Assembly (NCBI RefSeq): GCF_001194135.2
Contig: NC_069003.1
Location: 819,801 to 883,800, forward strand
Reading direction: 5' to 3'
Length of the DNA stretch: 64,000 nucleotides
Origin: Octopus bimaculoides
Lineage: Eukaryota
This document shows, piece after piece, positions 42,116 to 56,100 of the stretch (position 1 is its first letter; each line of letters starts with the position of its first letter). The notes beneath the pieces were generated by a model that searched no databases, was not told where the DNA came from, and was given only the letters and a program-made list of their open reading frames with translations. The position numbers and the translations under genes were made by a program.

Positions 42116-42686
42116 AAAAGAATATTTTTCCATATGCAAGCAGAGTCACGACAAATATAAATGGACGCACATGCATTGACACTAACACGCACACACTTAC
42201 AAATGCATATGTGTGTGTGTGTGTGCGCGCGCATACAAATAAATGTATAACGGATGTAAAACTCTTCCCTTTTTTTGATAAAATTATTGTATTCCATTTA
42301 TTTAGATAACGTTAAACTATATCCAATATACGATCAATTGAAACAACAACTCATCTAAAAACAAAAAAACAAAAAAAAAGAACTGAAAAACTATAGTTTC
42401 AAAATTGGTATACTCACATCCGTCGTAGAATTGTAACTGTCGCCAGTTACAAGATAATCCCACCGATTATCTGAACAGTTCCTGTAAGCGTCAGCAGTGA
42501 ATCAAATAACAAACATTAAAATTTTCTACACTTCGCATCATGTTTTCAATCTTTTCTTATTTCCTCTGATGTTCAAAATAGACCTCAAACATTTCTTATG
42601 ATCTCGGCAACATCTAGTCGTGTTTACAATTCTAGTGAGAAATGGTTCCCAAAATAGTTTCGTGAATATATATATANNNNNNNNNN

Positions 42687-42730
<44 letters not shown>

Positions 42731-42734
42731 ATTA

Positions 42735-43710
42735 ATCGAAGTGTATAGTATTATATATCCAGCCGATCGCTTTCGCTCTAGGGTTTCAACTGCGTTTTGC
42801 GAAACAATCAGATTATGTAGCCCTGCGCTCTTCAAAGGTAGCCGTTATGGAATGAAATGTGATGACTGCTTATAGTAGCTGTGAAAACGTGATGAATCGA
42901 ATCGAGTAGAGGATTAAATTAATAGTTATGTCCCTTGGTATAAAAACCGTCAATTCTGGAAAACTGTTTATGGGAAATGTCTGTCTACAAGGTTGGTGTA
43001 CTTGTGGAAATGGAATGTGGGTAATGATAGTATATGTATAGTCTTTGCGCAGTATACACATTTGTGTTGGTTAGTGTGTTTTCTTTCCTTTATATTTTAG
43101 TTAAATTCTTGAGGCATTTATATATGCATGCAGTGTGTAGAGGGGTACAATATTAGTGCGGACTGATTTTGGAGTGTGGGGGTGGAGAAAAGTCTATCGG
43201 GTGGGTGTCCGTCGTGCTGGGGCGTGTGTGCTTGTTTGTAGATGCGTTATTGTATGTTCTGGTCAAACTCGTTGCCGGACTCCTAAGTATTGGTGGAGGG
43301 TTGAAGTTGAGGGACTGTTAATTATAGTCATGATGGGACATCTAGGTATGATAGGATGTACTTTCTTTCATGTGGGCAAGGATTCAAAATTTCACTTCTG
43401 CTATTCAGGTAGATGTCTGTGTGCTGGAAGCTCTTTAAAATCGCTCTTTTCTCAGCTAGATATGATACGCTTCACATTTCACTTAATGCTGTACTCTCCG
43501 GAAGTTTCTTTCAGTGACCATACGTGTTTAGCAAGGGTTGTAGCGTTACGTCTCTCCGGGATGTTGAAGAAGTACTTGTGATTCTTATAGCGGATTCTGA
43601 AGGGGCATTCATTTGCACCAACGTACTTTCGTACGATTCGTTGCGCATTTGGTCCAATTGCTGTTACTTCTAATTGTTTTTGAATTTCTACTTTTAGTGA
43701 GACTCTGTAT
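42735..43710 (-). mobile_element. Penelope-like retroelement 3' portion: GIY-YIG endonuclease C-terminus plus 3' terminal (pLTR-like) region; 5' side lost in a gap
   Basis: Minus strand reads KYVGANECPFRIRYKNHKYFFNIPERRNATTLAKHVWSLKETSGEYSIK* and, after a frameshift, LAEKRAIL...LNSRSEILNPCPHERKYIL (ends about 43328). These match the Penelope YIG...FKxRYxNH...SF...NxTxLSKxxWxLK...Y.IKW and CLxEK...LNxRSE...CxH motifs. Confidence 0.85.
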
Positions 43711-44119
43711 ATATATATATATANNNNNNNNNNNNNNNNNNNNNNNNNNNNNNNNNNNNNNNNNNNNNNNNNNNNNNNNNNNNNNNNNNNNNNNNNNNNN
43801 NNNNNNNNNNNNNNNNNNNNNNNNNNNNNNNNNNNNNNNNNNNNNNNNNNNNNNNNNNNNNNNNNNNNNNNNNNNNNNNNNNNNNNNNNNNNNNNNNNNN
43901 NNNNNNNNNNNNNNNNNNNNNNNNNNNNNNNNNNNNNNNNNNNNNNNNNNNNNNNNNNNNNNNNNNNATATAAACATATGTGTACATATTTACATAACAC
44001 ACATTGCACACGCACACACATACACACACATACACACACACAGATATATATATATATATATACATACCTACATACATACATACATCCCTACATACCTATA
44101 TACATACATGCACACACAC

Positions 44120-44155
<36 letters not shown>

Positions 44156-44610
44156 ATACACCCAATAACTAAATTTAGACATCTTATTGGCTGCTTCGTT
44201 AGACCGCCAGACAAAATGTGATGTTTGTTCTCAAATTGAGTTCATATGCCGCCAGGATCAACTTCACCTTTTGATAAAGTAAATCTGATTTTCTTGGATC
44301 GATATAAACGTCTATTCCTTCTGCTTCAGATTCGATGCTTTGTGCCAATATTGGAAACTCTTCTTTTTTTTTTTGCTCCTTGTTGTTATTGTTATTATTG
44401 TCTGAAAAAGTGTTTCGTTTTTTTATATCAAATAACAACCACAACAGAAACAACAACAATAATGAAAATAATAATAACAATAATTCTCTCTACTGTGGCC
44501 ACCAAGCCTGATATTTGAGAGGAGGGGCTAACTGATCACAGCGACCCTATGATGAAATGATGAAATGCAAAGCAAAAGTCGAACATAAAATAATAATAAT
44601 AATAATAATC

Positions 44611-44818
44611 CTTTCTACTATAGGTACAAGGTGGGAAATTTTTGGGAATGGACTAGTCGATTACATCGACCCCAGACTTTCACTGGTAGTGAATTTACCG
44701 ACCCTGAAAGGATGAAAGAAAAAGTCGACCTCAGCAGAATTTGAACTCAAAGCGACGGGCTATATACCACTAAGTATTCCGTCCGGTGCGCAAACGATTC
44801 TGCCAGCTCACCGCCTTA
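44611..44818 (-). mobile_element. SINE family A
   Basis: gtcgattacatcgaccccag...gaaaggatgaaagaaaaagtcgacctcagcagaatttgaactc...ctgccagctcaccgcctt. Confidence 0.85.
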
Positions 44819-44850
44819 GATAATAATGATAAATATAATAATAATAATGG

Positions 44851-44928
<78 letters not shown>
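44851..44928. repeat. (GAT)n microsatellite
   Basis: Perfect tandem gat. Confidence 0.95.
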
Positions 44929-44929
<1 letters not shown>

Positions 44930-45399
44930 ATTTAGTGCCAACTGATGATTGGACCTTGGGGGCAGTATCAAAATGTTACTGAGAGGAATATAAAAGAAAT
45001 GCGAATAGCATATTCGCATTTTTCATAGATTCCTCTCAATAACTTAGTTGAGCCGCTACAAAATGACCAGAATCATCAGGAAATTACGAGGAATCTGAAG
45101 AGAACAAATTGTATGGTACTATAGGCTGCGGATACTGACCGAGTTTCAACAAAACCGGAGTTTAAATAATAATAAATAAGTAGAATTTTGAAATCATGCC
45201 AAAACATGTTCCAGATTTCATTTCCCTATATTAAAATATACTAAAAATATACTTGAATGTCTTAATATTTCTATATTCTTGGAAACTGTCTATGTTTGTA
45301 CTTCTATGTAAATTGTTAATGTCATTAAACAAATATTTGTGTTTTACAGCAATTTTGCTACCAACTAAAAGTGGCATGATAGGCATTTCTCATCTGTCA

Positions 45400-46070
45400 A
45401 TATTTTTTTAAGTCGGCATCTTGGTTGGTGCAATTTGTTATCCTCCTAGCAATAACAAATGGTTGTAATATTGTTCAATATTACGGCCATTTGTTATTGC
45501 TGTGTGGATAATTATGTGGATATTGTCATTTTTCTCATATAAATTGATGTCAGGTTAACGATTTACTTTCTGGTGGTCTGTATGAATGATAAGACTTTAT
45601 GGTAGTTTTACATTGTCATTTTCTAAGACATACAATGATTAATATGAGCAGTATAGACCTTTGTCTCTGAGAAAATTGGAAGTAGCTGGTCTGGTGTATG
45701 TCGAGGAAATTCTACATTGCTGAGTCTCTAAAAATGTAATTTTTCCAAGGATAGTGCCCGATATCTTGATAAAATGTAGCGTAGCGTCTCAGAAAATACA
45801 CCACAATAGCAATATTCTTTGTATTCCAAGAATTGTTGATAATCTTTTCAAATATGTCTTACTTACCTCGACACCATTTTTTTATATGGTGAATGTTTTT
45901 GCTTCTTTTCTCCATTCAAATTCGATTTGTCCAGCCAAGCTAAATTTAGTGGAAACTTAAAATTTAAATGTAGATCATACTGTTTTGAGAAGTATTAGCT
46001 ATGTAAACACATGCCATTATATTTATTCAGAACAGACGATTCATGTACCACCAGTGTATCCATTGTGATT
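45400..46070 (-). mobile_element. Heavily decayed Penelope-type reverse transcriptase remnant
   Basis: Collinear minus-strand fragments ITMDT (about 46050), NFLDI (45698-45712) and QPFVIARRI (about 45441-45465) resemble Penelope AMGT...PFLDI...PFxLARRI. Confidence 0.42.
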
Positions 46071-46084
46071 CTGACATAGGTCGA

Positions 46085-46320
46085 GATTTAGGTTTTAGAA
46101 TTTAATAGTCAGGAGATCTGATTATCAGCCTTGGTTCTGCTGCTCGTCAAAGCGAAAAAGGCTAACTGTCAAATTGTCAGCCGCTCTCTGAGCAGGTTTT
46201 GGCCGAGGCTGTGATAGTGGAGACCTCCGGTATTCTCCCTCCCTGGGCCACATCACTACTCACTGCTCTGAGTACGGAGATGGCTAAAAAACTTTCACCA
46301 TCTCATCTTCTGAATGACGC
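46085..46320. other. GC-richer structured element (probable interspersed repeat or LINE UTR)
   Basis: Nested complementary segments at 46112-46228 form one long hairpin. A second 7-bp stem is gagatgg 46277-46283 / ccatctc 46298-46304. Confidence 0.55.
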
Positions 46321-46746
46321 TATGACAGTATTGTGTTGCTGTCACTTCTCTGTAACAAGAAAGAAAGAATAATGCCATTCGTACGGTAAAGCATAAAATC
46401 ATAATCGCAGAATGTAAGAGTCGAACAGTTAACTTCAAATTCCTGCCCTAGATTGTTTCTCGCATGGTACATACATGCATATATACATACGTACATACAT
46501 ATATGCATACAAATATACGTACATACATATGTACATATATACATGCCTATATATGTGTGTATATATATACATTAGTTGAGATGTAGATATATGTATATGT
46601 GCGTGTATTTTTATTTGGTATACACATATACACGTATGTATATCTGCCTATCTATATCTATATGCCTTTGCTTATCGTTCGCATGCTTTCTTTCTCTGCA
46701 CACATATACACACACTCATGCACAACTCACGCCCCCCCATATATAT

Positions 46747-46785
<39 letters not shown>

Positions 46786-47130
46786 CAGAGGATGTAGCAA
46801 CCGTTACCAATATAGCATAAGAACTTACCTTAGGGGATCATTAACTAGATTCCTTGAAATATATATATATATATATANNNNNNNNNNNNNNNNNNNNNNN
46901 NNNNNNNNNNNNNNNNNNNNNNNNNNNNNNNNNNNNNNNNNNNNNNNNNNNNNNNNNNNNNNNNNNNNNNNNNNNNNNNNNNNNNNNNNNNNNNNNNNNN
47001 NNNNNNNNNNNNNNNNNNNNNNNNNNNNNNNNNNNNNNNNNNNNNNNNNNNNNNNNNNNNNNNNNNNNNNNNNNNNNNNNNNNNNNNNNNNNNNNNNNNN
47101 NNNNNNNNNNNNNNNNNNNNNNNNNNNNNN

Positions 47131-47167
<37 letters not shown>

Positions 47168-47563
47168 ATATATGTATATATGCACACACACCTTTGTGAA
47201 ATTGTAAAGAAGTGAAAATAATTTGACAGAAGTAGATAAGTGAGAAAATGGGGAGCGGGCAGAGGAGAGGATGAGATGAGATTAAAACGAGGAAAGCGAG
47301 GAGAACAACGTCAACAACAATGAGGTCAATGCCTACGAAAAAGATATTTCAGATGACGTAATGATCATAACAGAATCGAAAGGTGAATGGGGATATGTAG
47401 TGAGGTGGAGATGAAGGAGAGGAGGAGGAGGAGGAGGAGGAGGGGAGGGTGGAGGAGGAAGAAGAGACAGAATTTAGTGGCAGAAGCAGTGACAGGAAGT
47501 AGGTGGAGAAAATGAAGAAGGATAGAGGTTTGGTATTAGAATTAGTAATATAAGTAGCAGCAT

Positions 47564-47564
47564 C

Positions 47565-47626
<62 letters not shown>

Positions 47627-47807
47627 TAGTAGTAGTAGTAGTGGAGGTAGTAATTAGTCGTGGTTAAACGCTGAGAGAATGAAGAAGAAAGCTGGAACGG
47701 AGGACGGAAGACTAGTAATAATAATAGCAACAACAACAACAACAACAATAATAATAATAATAATAATAATAATAGTAAAGATAATGACAATAATAATAAT
47801 AATAATG

Positions 47808-47892
<85 letters not shown>

Positions 47893-48110
47893 GGAAGAGA
47901 AGAAGAAAAAGAAGGAAAAGAAGAAGGAAAAGAAGAAGGAAAAGAAGAAGAACCACCACGACCACTACCAGTACCACCGATGCCATCACAATCATCAATA
48001 ACAATAACACCACCACCAACAACAACAACAATAACAATAACATCAGCAACAATAGCAGCAGCAGCAGCAAGGAAGTGAAGTAGGAGAAGAAGAAGAAGAA
48101 AAAGAAGCAG
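47564..48110. repeat. Long compound trinucleotide array (TAG)n-(CAA)n-(TAA)n-(AAG)n-(CAG)n
   Basis: Direct tandem arrays. Source of the poly-L/I/R pseudo-ORFs. Confidence 0.93.
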
Positions 48111-48672
48111 AAGTCTTCAGAGAACTCTGAAGAACTGCTTCGTTCATGTGGAAATAATAATTTTCGATGGAGGGTGTTCCTGTAAAATACATTATTATTT
48201 GAAGGAAATGGCATATTTAAAGGAAAGATTGGACATGGAACATTTCTGGAATGTTCTATCAAACTAGTCGAACAAAATAGATAGACGCGATATATAGATG
48301 TATGCGTTTGATAGGATTTGGTGTGATCTAAATGGTTTGTGAACTAATATGCTAAATATCTAATCTATCAGACTCTTGGAGAATGGTAGCGGTGTGCGTG
48401 GCGTGGCAGTAAGAATAAAGAGATAATGTGAGCTGTTGTGACAGAGAATGATGTGTGTATATAGACAGAAGGAAATGGTTGGAGAGATATATTTATAGAG
48501 AGACAAAGCGAGAGAGAGAGACAGAGAGATAGTAAAACACGCACGTTCATACATATATACACACATACACTCACACTTGCATGTGTACATATGTATGAAG
48601 AAATTTATATCTCTACCTGCGTGTATGTATATATATGTCTGTGTGTGTGAGCACGTGTTTTGTGTGTATGCT

Positions 48673-48731
<59 letters not shown>

Positions 48732-48979
48732 ATACATATATATATGTATATACATATATATATATATATATGTATATATATANNNNNNNNNNNNNNNNNN
48801 NNNNAAGAATGGAAAGGTAGGTAAGGATTTGAGCGGAAGAGAGATCTTATCAATGCGAAATATCTCGACTGTGTTGAAATCAGAAGGAATGAGAAAAGAA
48901 CGAAAAACAGAAACCAAAAGAGAAAGAAAAGAAATAGTGGTAGTGAGAATAAGAGAGAGAGAGATAGAGAGAGTGAGAA

Positions 48980-49042
<63 letters not shown>

Positions 49043-49172
49043 AATATATGTTAACCTACACAAAACACGTATACACACATATACAAATACATACATTCGT
49101 ACTTCCATGCATGCATATTTACAAAGACACTCGTATACATGCACACACTCACCTCACTCACTCACTCACTCA

Positions 49173-49232
<60 letters not shown>

Positions 49233-49304
49233 NNNNNNNNNNNNNNNNNNNNNNNNNNNNNNNNNNNNNNNNNNNNNNNNNNNNNNNNNNNNNNNNNNNN
49301 NNNN

Positions 49305-49369
<65 letters not shown>

Positions 49370-50320
49370 CCTTTCACACACACACAGAACACCGCATCAG
49401 TGTATTGACCAGACAATCGGATGTAGTTATACACCGCTTGTCACAATGCATTTTCTTGTGGTCTTCAGATGAAGCGTCTACAGCATTGTCATTAACAGTA
49501 TGTAAGCTGAAATCGAAATTTTTATACAATCTTTAAATCCATACTTCCCATCGGTATTCCAGCAATACTTTTCTCGTAAGTAAACATTTTCCCAACACTT
49601 CCTATTGGTTAAGCTTCCAGTTTCCTCTACAAAGCTTCCCTCCGAGATATCTCTTTATTCACATATATATATACGGGTGCTTATTCATCTTCAAATGCTT
49701 GTTCTGAGATTAACAACAGGGTTTAAGAAGTATGACGCTGAGCATGCAGTTATAACAAACTCTTAATTCATCGCGCAGAGCTGCTTTTATTTATAAGTGT
49801 ATAACACATGATCCAGTCATCATTCATTCGCAGTGCTTCAGATACAGGTGTACTGCATGTCTGATCACTCCGTTATCTATCGCGTAGGGAGTTGTAATCG
49901 GTTGTCACGATTAAAGCTGCACTTTATATGGCTGTAGATTATGACAGTCTGAAAAGCTCCAAATACAAATGCAGTTCATGATATATCTCAAGAGAAAGTA
50001 CGAAAGGTTATCTATCAGTTGTCGCTGACGGACATTAACCATAGGAAATTTGCAGCTAGCTGAATAGCCTCGAGCTAAGGGATACAGAATTATCATTGCT
50101 AACTATATGAGCTACGCCAAGTAGCTTCTACCGTTGATTAATATAACTTCAGGCAAATTGTCTCCTTTTCATCGTCGTTGTTTTATTTTGCGCTTTCAGA
50201 AATTTCAATGTGACAGCAGTCTAAACCCTTACGAACTCACCTGACTCACGACCAGTAAAATAAGGCTTTACTAACAGCTTGCTTTTATAATGTTATTCAC
50301 GAGGGACATATATATACTCG

Positions 50321-50688
50321 AGTGGAGGCGCAATGGCCCAGTGGTTAGGGCAGCTGACACGCGGTCATAGGATCGCATTTTCGATTCCCAGACCGGGCGT
50401 TGTGAGTGTCTGTTGAGCGAAAACACCTAAAAGCTCCACGAGGCTCCGGCAGGGGATTGTGGCGAACCCTGCTCTACTCTTTCACCACAGCTTTCTCTCA
50501 CTCTTACTTCCTGTTTCTGTTGTACCTGTAATTCAAAGGGTCAGCCTTGTCACACTGTGTCACGCTGAATATCCCCGAGAACTACGTTAAGGGTACACGT
50601 GTCTGTGGAGTGCTCAGCTATTTGCACGTTGATCGGATCAACTGGAACCCTCGACATCGTAAGTGACGGAGTGCCAACAACAACAACA
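50321..50688 (+). mobile_element. SINE family C, full-length tRNA-derived copy with (CAA)n tail and 11-bp target-site duplication
   Basis: A-box-like tggcccagtggttagg, degenerate B-box ttttcgattccc, and tail gtgccaacaacaacaac. atatatactcg is duplicated at 50310-50320 and 50689-50699. Confidence 0.9.
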
Positions 50689-51547
50689 ATATATACTCGT
50701 ACGTGTATATCACTGTATATATACGTACAGATAAAAGTATCGGATGTTGTTAAACATCGCTGATTATAATGCCCTTCTATTTCTTTCTTGACTGTCACCT
50801 TTTTTTCCATCTTGGCACAATTCGTTTAACTAATTAGTTTTCCTATCGTCGAGGAGGCCTTTCCTCGATCTCTTGCAAAATGCTGGCCATACAAGTTACT
50901 GTGTGAATGACAAACATTAATCTTTCTGGTTTCCTGTGTTTTAATATTTCTAATAATATACAGGATTCAAAATTCTCAAATAATTTTGAACGAAATCATA
51001 TTAGTTAACATAGTGAAGCTACTTCAACAGTATTTTGGAGTGGCAATGCCCGTTCTGTATAAACAAAATTACTATTTTACAATATGAAATGATGAAAGGT
51101 GAACAAACAAGAAAGTAAACAACTACCAACCAATTCTGTCCATAAAATATATTTTCTACAAAACAAATAAAATACGATTGAAATCAAACTAAAAACAAAA
51201 CAAAAAATAAAGAACAGATCATAAATTGAAACGAAAAACAATGCAAAGAACATTATAAATGAAAAGTATAAATAAATATAAACATTAAAGAACCCGCACA
51301 AAAGAAACTCAACAAAACAATAATAAAAATAATGGAAAACAACAAAATCGGAGCAAGAAAACAATAAATCAGAGATAAATCATAGAAAAATACAAACATG
51401 AAAACTAAAATATTGAGAGAAAGAAACAATTTCTATTTAGGTGTTGCGAGATAAATTGGTAGGATGAAGAGAAATGGTAAATCTTAGAACATAATCTATG
51501 GTTTTAGAAGACAGCAAATGAAGGTGAACTCATATGGTTTTCCTTCT

Positions 51548-51750
51548 TTATCTCTTGCTTGTTTCAGATATTTAACTGCGGCCATGCTGGGGTACCAGCT
51601 TGAAGAATTTTTTAGTCAAATGAATCGACCCCAGTATTTACTCTTGTTTAAAGCCTAGTACTTATTCTATCGGTGGCTTTTGCTGAGCCGCTAGTTTACG
51701 GGGACGTAAACGCACCAACACCGGTTGTCAGACACTAGTGTGAGACCACA
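51548..51750 (-). mobile_element. SINE family B, 3' half
   Basis: cttgtttcagatatttaactgcggccatgctgggg...aagcctagtacttattctatcgg...ggggacgtaaacgcaccaacaccggttgtc. Confidence 0.82.
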
Positions 51751-53288
51751 CACACACACACACACATTTCTGATACTAGAATGTTGTTCACAGTGGCGTC
51801 GAAGCTTTGGCCATCTAAGTCACCGTCAGACTTTAATCTTGTCTGGTTGTAGCAAGGAGGAGACTAACGAAAGATTCGTTAGTCAAAATTTGCATTCCGT
51901 GTGTCGTGTGGAGAGTGAAACCTAGGAAACTGTAACAAGTTTTAATGAAAACAGCGAAGGCAATATGGTAACAACTATTAAGGTTTAAATAATTAAAATT
52001 TCCTTGTCGATGAGAAATATAATGTAGAGTATTATTGGCTGATATTTATTATATATAGACAAGGTGAATCAATGACAACAACCAATATTTTAATTAAATG
52101 TAATTAAAACTGCACACGCAATGCAGAGACGAGAGCATTACTTCGTGATCTTATATTGATAAAATTTGATATTTATCAAATAATATCTACTATAATTTTA
52201 CGTAATCTCCAAGTTTTGTGCATTGAATTAGGTAGAGGAGAGATGAGCAGTTCGATATATTATACAAACTTAATCGAATTACCTGTTCAATGCAATCAAG
52301 CTACCTTATAGTGCATTCATCGGAATCTTCCTAGTTGTAAAGATTCGGTTAATAGTTCTGGTTTGCAGACAGCAACTAGCTTTTTTTTTTTCGTTATCAT
52401 TTTTTCCAGCTCCATCATCGACGGAATAGTTTTAAATGTTCTTTAAATTGTCATAGCTACTGATGTTGCCTCTTTTACGCAACCATAGAAGTTTAGCTTT
52501 ATTTCGTAAATTCCTCCTATTTAGTTTGATCCGTGTCCTTGCCTGAAAATCTGTTGTAATATTTACTTGTTGCAAAATGCATGGTTATTAGAGGGAAAAG
52601 TTTCGTGTTGTGCGTCCGATGTAACACTTTATATAACAAAACAGATAATTTTTACTTTTACATTAGAATTGTATGTCCCAACGGTGTATCAAACATGTTA
52701 CGTGGATCTTCATCTGCTACGTGATTGCTACAAAAGCACTTCTATGAAGACTTACTGCTTTGTACAAAAGATTCGCAACAGCGAGACATTCATATCAGTT
52801 TATTTACAAGACGAGGCTGGGAAGTTATGAAGATGTTAATGTATTTACCAATGATACTGTTGAAACTTGATGGAAGAAAATGATTATGAGTGTCGGAAAA
52901 TTACAAACCACAATGGATTATACACGAACACAATTGTGACATCAATATATCTATATATGTATATATTTTATACATGCATGTATTCATGTTTATGGCCATA
53001 CACATATATACATATGTACTTATATATTTCTGAATTCTCACACACACACATATATATATATACACACATATATGTACATATACATACACACAAACACACA
53101 CACACACACACACAAAAACACAGACACAAACACACACACACAGACAAACACATGTACAAACATACATATATATACCTGTTTGTCTCTTTCTGGCTGTATA
53201 TGTGTGTGTGTGTATGTCTGTGTACGTGTGTGTGTAAGTGTGAGTGTGTACATATACAGAAATATATGCGCACACTCACAAACGGATG

Positions 53289-53320
<32 letters not shown>

Positions 53321-53645
53321 GACACACAAACACACACACAGAAACACAAACACACACACACATGCACGAACAAACAAGCATAGGCAGGCACATAGAAACA
53401 TTGAAATTAACTTAGGCAAAACCGCAGGAACGTATATTTATAGGTAGGGACACACCTCCTGCATGTATGTACCAGCCTTATTATTCGCTTTCATCTCTCA
53501 GAAGATAAGTAAACACCCACTCAGCGGGGTATATATACCTAAGAAGTAACAGATGGACGCAAAAATTTATGCACCAGCGTACAAAAAGCACGCATACACA
53601 TGAGACAGCGTGCACACTCACAAGCGTGTAGAACGACGCATGTAA

Positions 53646-53684
<39 letters not shown>

Positions 53685-53985
53685 AAAATACATACATACA
53701 TATATATATTATATATATATATGTCTCTTTTGAATATGAAAATTTAAAAGTTAAAAATCTTATAATNNNNNNNNNNNNNNNNNNNNNNNNNNNNNNNNNN
53801 NNNNNNNNNNNNNNNNNNNNNNNNNNNNNNNNNNNNNNNNNNNNNNNNNNNNNNNNNNNTATATATATATATATATATACATACTCATTTATATCTTCGC
53901 GCTTAGATGTCCCAGACAAGACAAAACATAACAAACGTGACAGAAACAAAACTAATTCAGTAATAATAATAATAATAATAATAAC

Positions 53986-54018
<33 letters not shown>

Positions 54019-54702
54019 GATGATGATAAGAAAAATGATGTTGATAACGAGAAAGATAATGATAATATTAATAAAAACAATAGCAACACTAATGATAACA
54101 AGAACAACAACATTATCAGAGAAAAAGCTGCAAAAACGTTTCGTTGCAGTTCACCCTGGGAATATCTGTTTCACAAGAATTGGTAAGTCTATTATTATTC
54201 GCTTAGTTCTGTAGAGAACTGTGAGAGAATTGCCCATCACTGATAATGAAAGAAATTGTTTTAAAAAAACCAAGAGAAATACAGAAAAGAAAGACACACA
54301 CACACACACACACACGAACGCACACGCAAGCACACACGCAAGCACACACCCGAACGCACTCACAAATGCAGACACATATACATATCCATGCAAATAGATA
54401 TCTATAAATCTACGTAAATATGCATGTGTATCAATAAGCATATATGTCTACACGCTAATGTGTGTGTGTGTGTGTGTGTGTGTGCGTGCGTGTGCGCGCG
54501 CGCGCGTGTTTGTGTGTAGATATTTACGTCAATATGTATATGTTTAAGATGCACTAAATAAGAAGAACAATCCCCAAATAATTATCAGAAACCCATTTCC
54601 CAAATGTTTTGAATGAGAATGGGAAATCAAACGAATGTGATGTACCTGCTAATTTCAAAACATGGTGGCTATATTGTATACATAATGTGAGTACACAGTG
54701 AC

Positions 54703-54734
<32 letters not shown>

Positions 54735-55254
54735 NNNNNNNNNNNNNNNNNNNNNNNNNNNNNNNNNNNNNNNNNNNNNNNNNNNNNNNNNNNNNNNNNN
54801 NNNNNNNNNNNNNNNNNNNNNNNNNNNNNNNNNNNNNNNNNTATATATATTCATACACACACACATCTTTATACATATATATATATATCTACATAATTAT
54901 ATCTACATAATTATATATATATATATATATACATACGCATACATCCACATATATGTGTATATATATATATACATGCATATGCATAGAAATAAGCACTTAG
55001 AAGTGTTATATGTGTATAAATTTGTGTATATATAGAAACACACGAACGCATCCATGCTGGTTGTGTATGTATGCAGTGTGAGAAATGGGGGCGAAAAGAA
55101 ACAGCTAGACAAACAGACAGATACAGGAATCGTTATGAAGCGTGAGAAACAAACAGATAGACAGAGATGAAAGCTTTATCATCTTCGTGTGAGGGTTTTG
55201 GGCGGGATTTCTCTCGCCTTCTTTGAAATCACCCGTAATATAGAATCACAAACT

Positions 55255-55356
55255 GTATCATCATCAACAACAAGAACAACAACAACAACAACAACAAAAC
55301 CAACTATTACCACTACAGCTACAACAATAATCGGAACAGCTACAGCAACGATGACA

Positions 55357-55408
<52 letters not shown>

Positions 55409-55741
55409 TAATAACAGGAACTACAACAACATCGATAACGTCGACAAGAATAATAACAACGTCTGGAGCGTCATTAACGATATTACAAACATCACGAATA
55501 AAAAAAAAATCACCAAAAAGAACTTTGAAAGCAACAACGACAGCAACAACAACGAAAGGAACAACTCTAGGAGTAGCAGCAGTAGCCGAAGCAGCAGCAG
55601 TGAAGCCAATAGCACCGATTGGGAAATAAGGTGCTGCAGCGACAGTAAGGGCTGGAATGGGAAGGCGAAGACAGTCGTTTTTTCACAAAATTTTGATAAA
55701 GATATAAATTAAAATTTTAGTAGTAGTAGTAGTATTAGTAT

Positions 55742-55789
<48 letters not shown>

Positions 55790-56005
55790 TAGTAGTAGTG
55801 GTAGTAGTAGTAGGCTCAGCAACAGTGTTTATCGTAATCAATGATGAAGAGTGTGGTTTGGCCTATCATCTGATTAGACCGACTCGGTTGTTGCTCCTGT
55901 CTCAAGGTTTTAGGTTCGCATCTATACGTAAAACAGGAACAGGGACGGTGTTTGGATTTGTGGAGAAAGAAATGTAGAGAGAGAAAGGAAGAGAGCGAGA
56001 GAGAA

Positions 56006-56098
<93 letters not shown>

Positions 56099-56100
56099 GA
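55255..56100. repeat. Cluster of (CAA)n/(ACT)n/(TAG)n arrays and a (GA)n tract
   Basis: Direct tandem arrays interspersed with short unique spacers. Confidence 0.9.

Noticed and set aside
42760-42845. Hammerhead-like ttgaagagcg...gaaac on the minus strand in the Penelope terminal region
   Set aside because: The core C is missing and I could not build stems I-III, so at most it is a fully decayed remnant.
51862-51884. Perfect 10-bp hairpin gactaacgaa-aga-ttcgttagtc (and an 11-bp one at 44997-45021)
   Set aside because: Stems of this length are expected by chance in 64 kb of AT-rich DNA.
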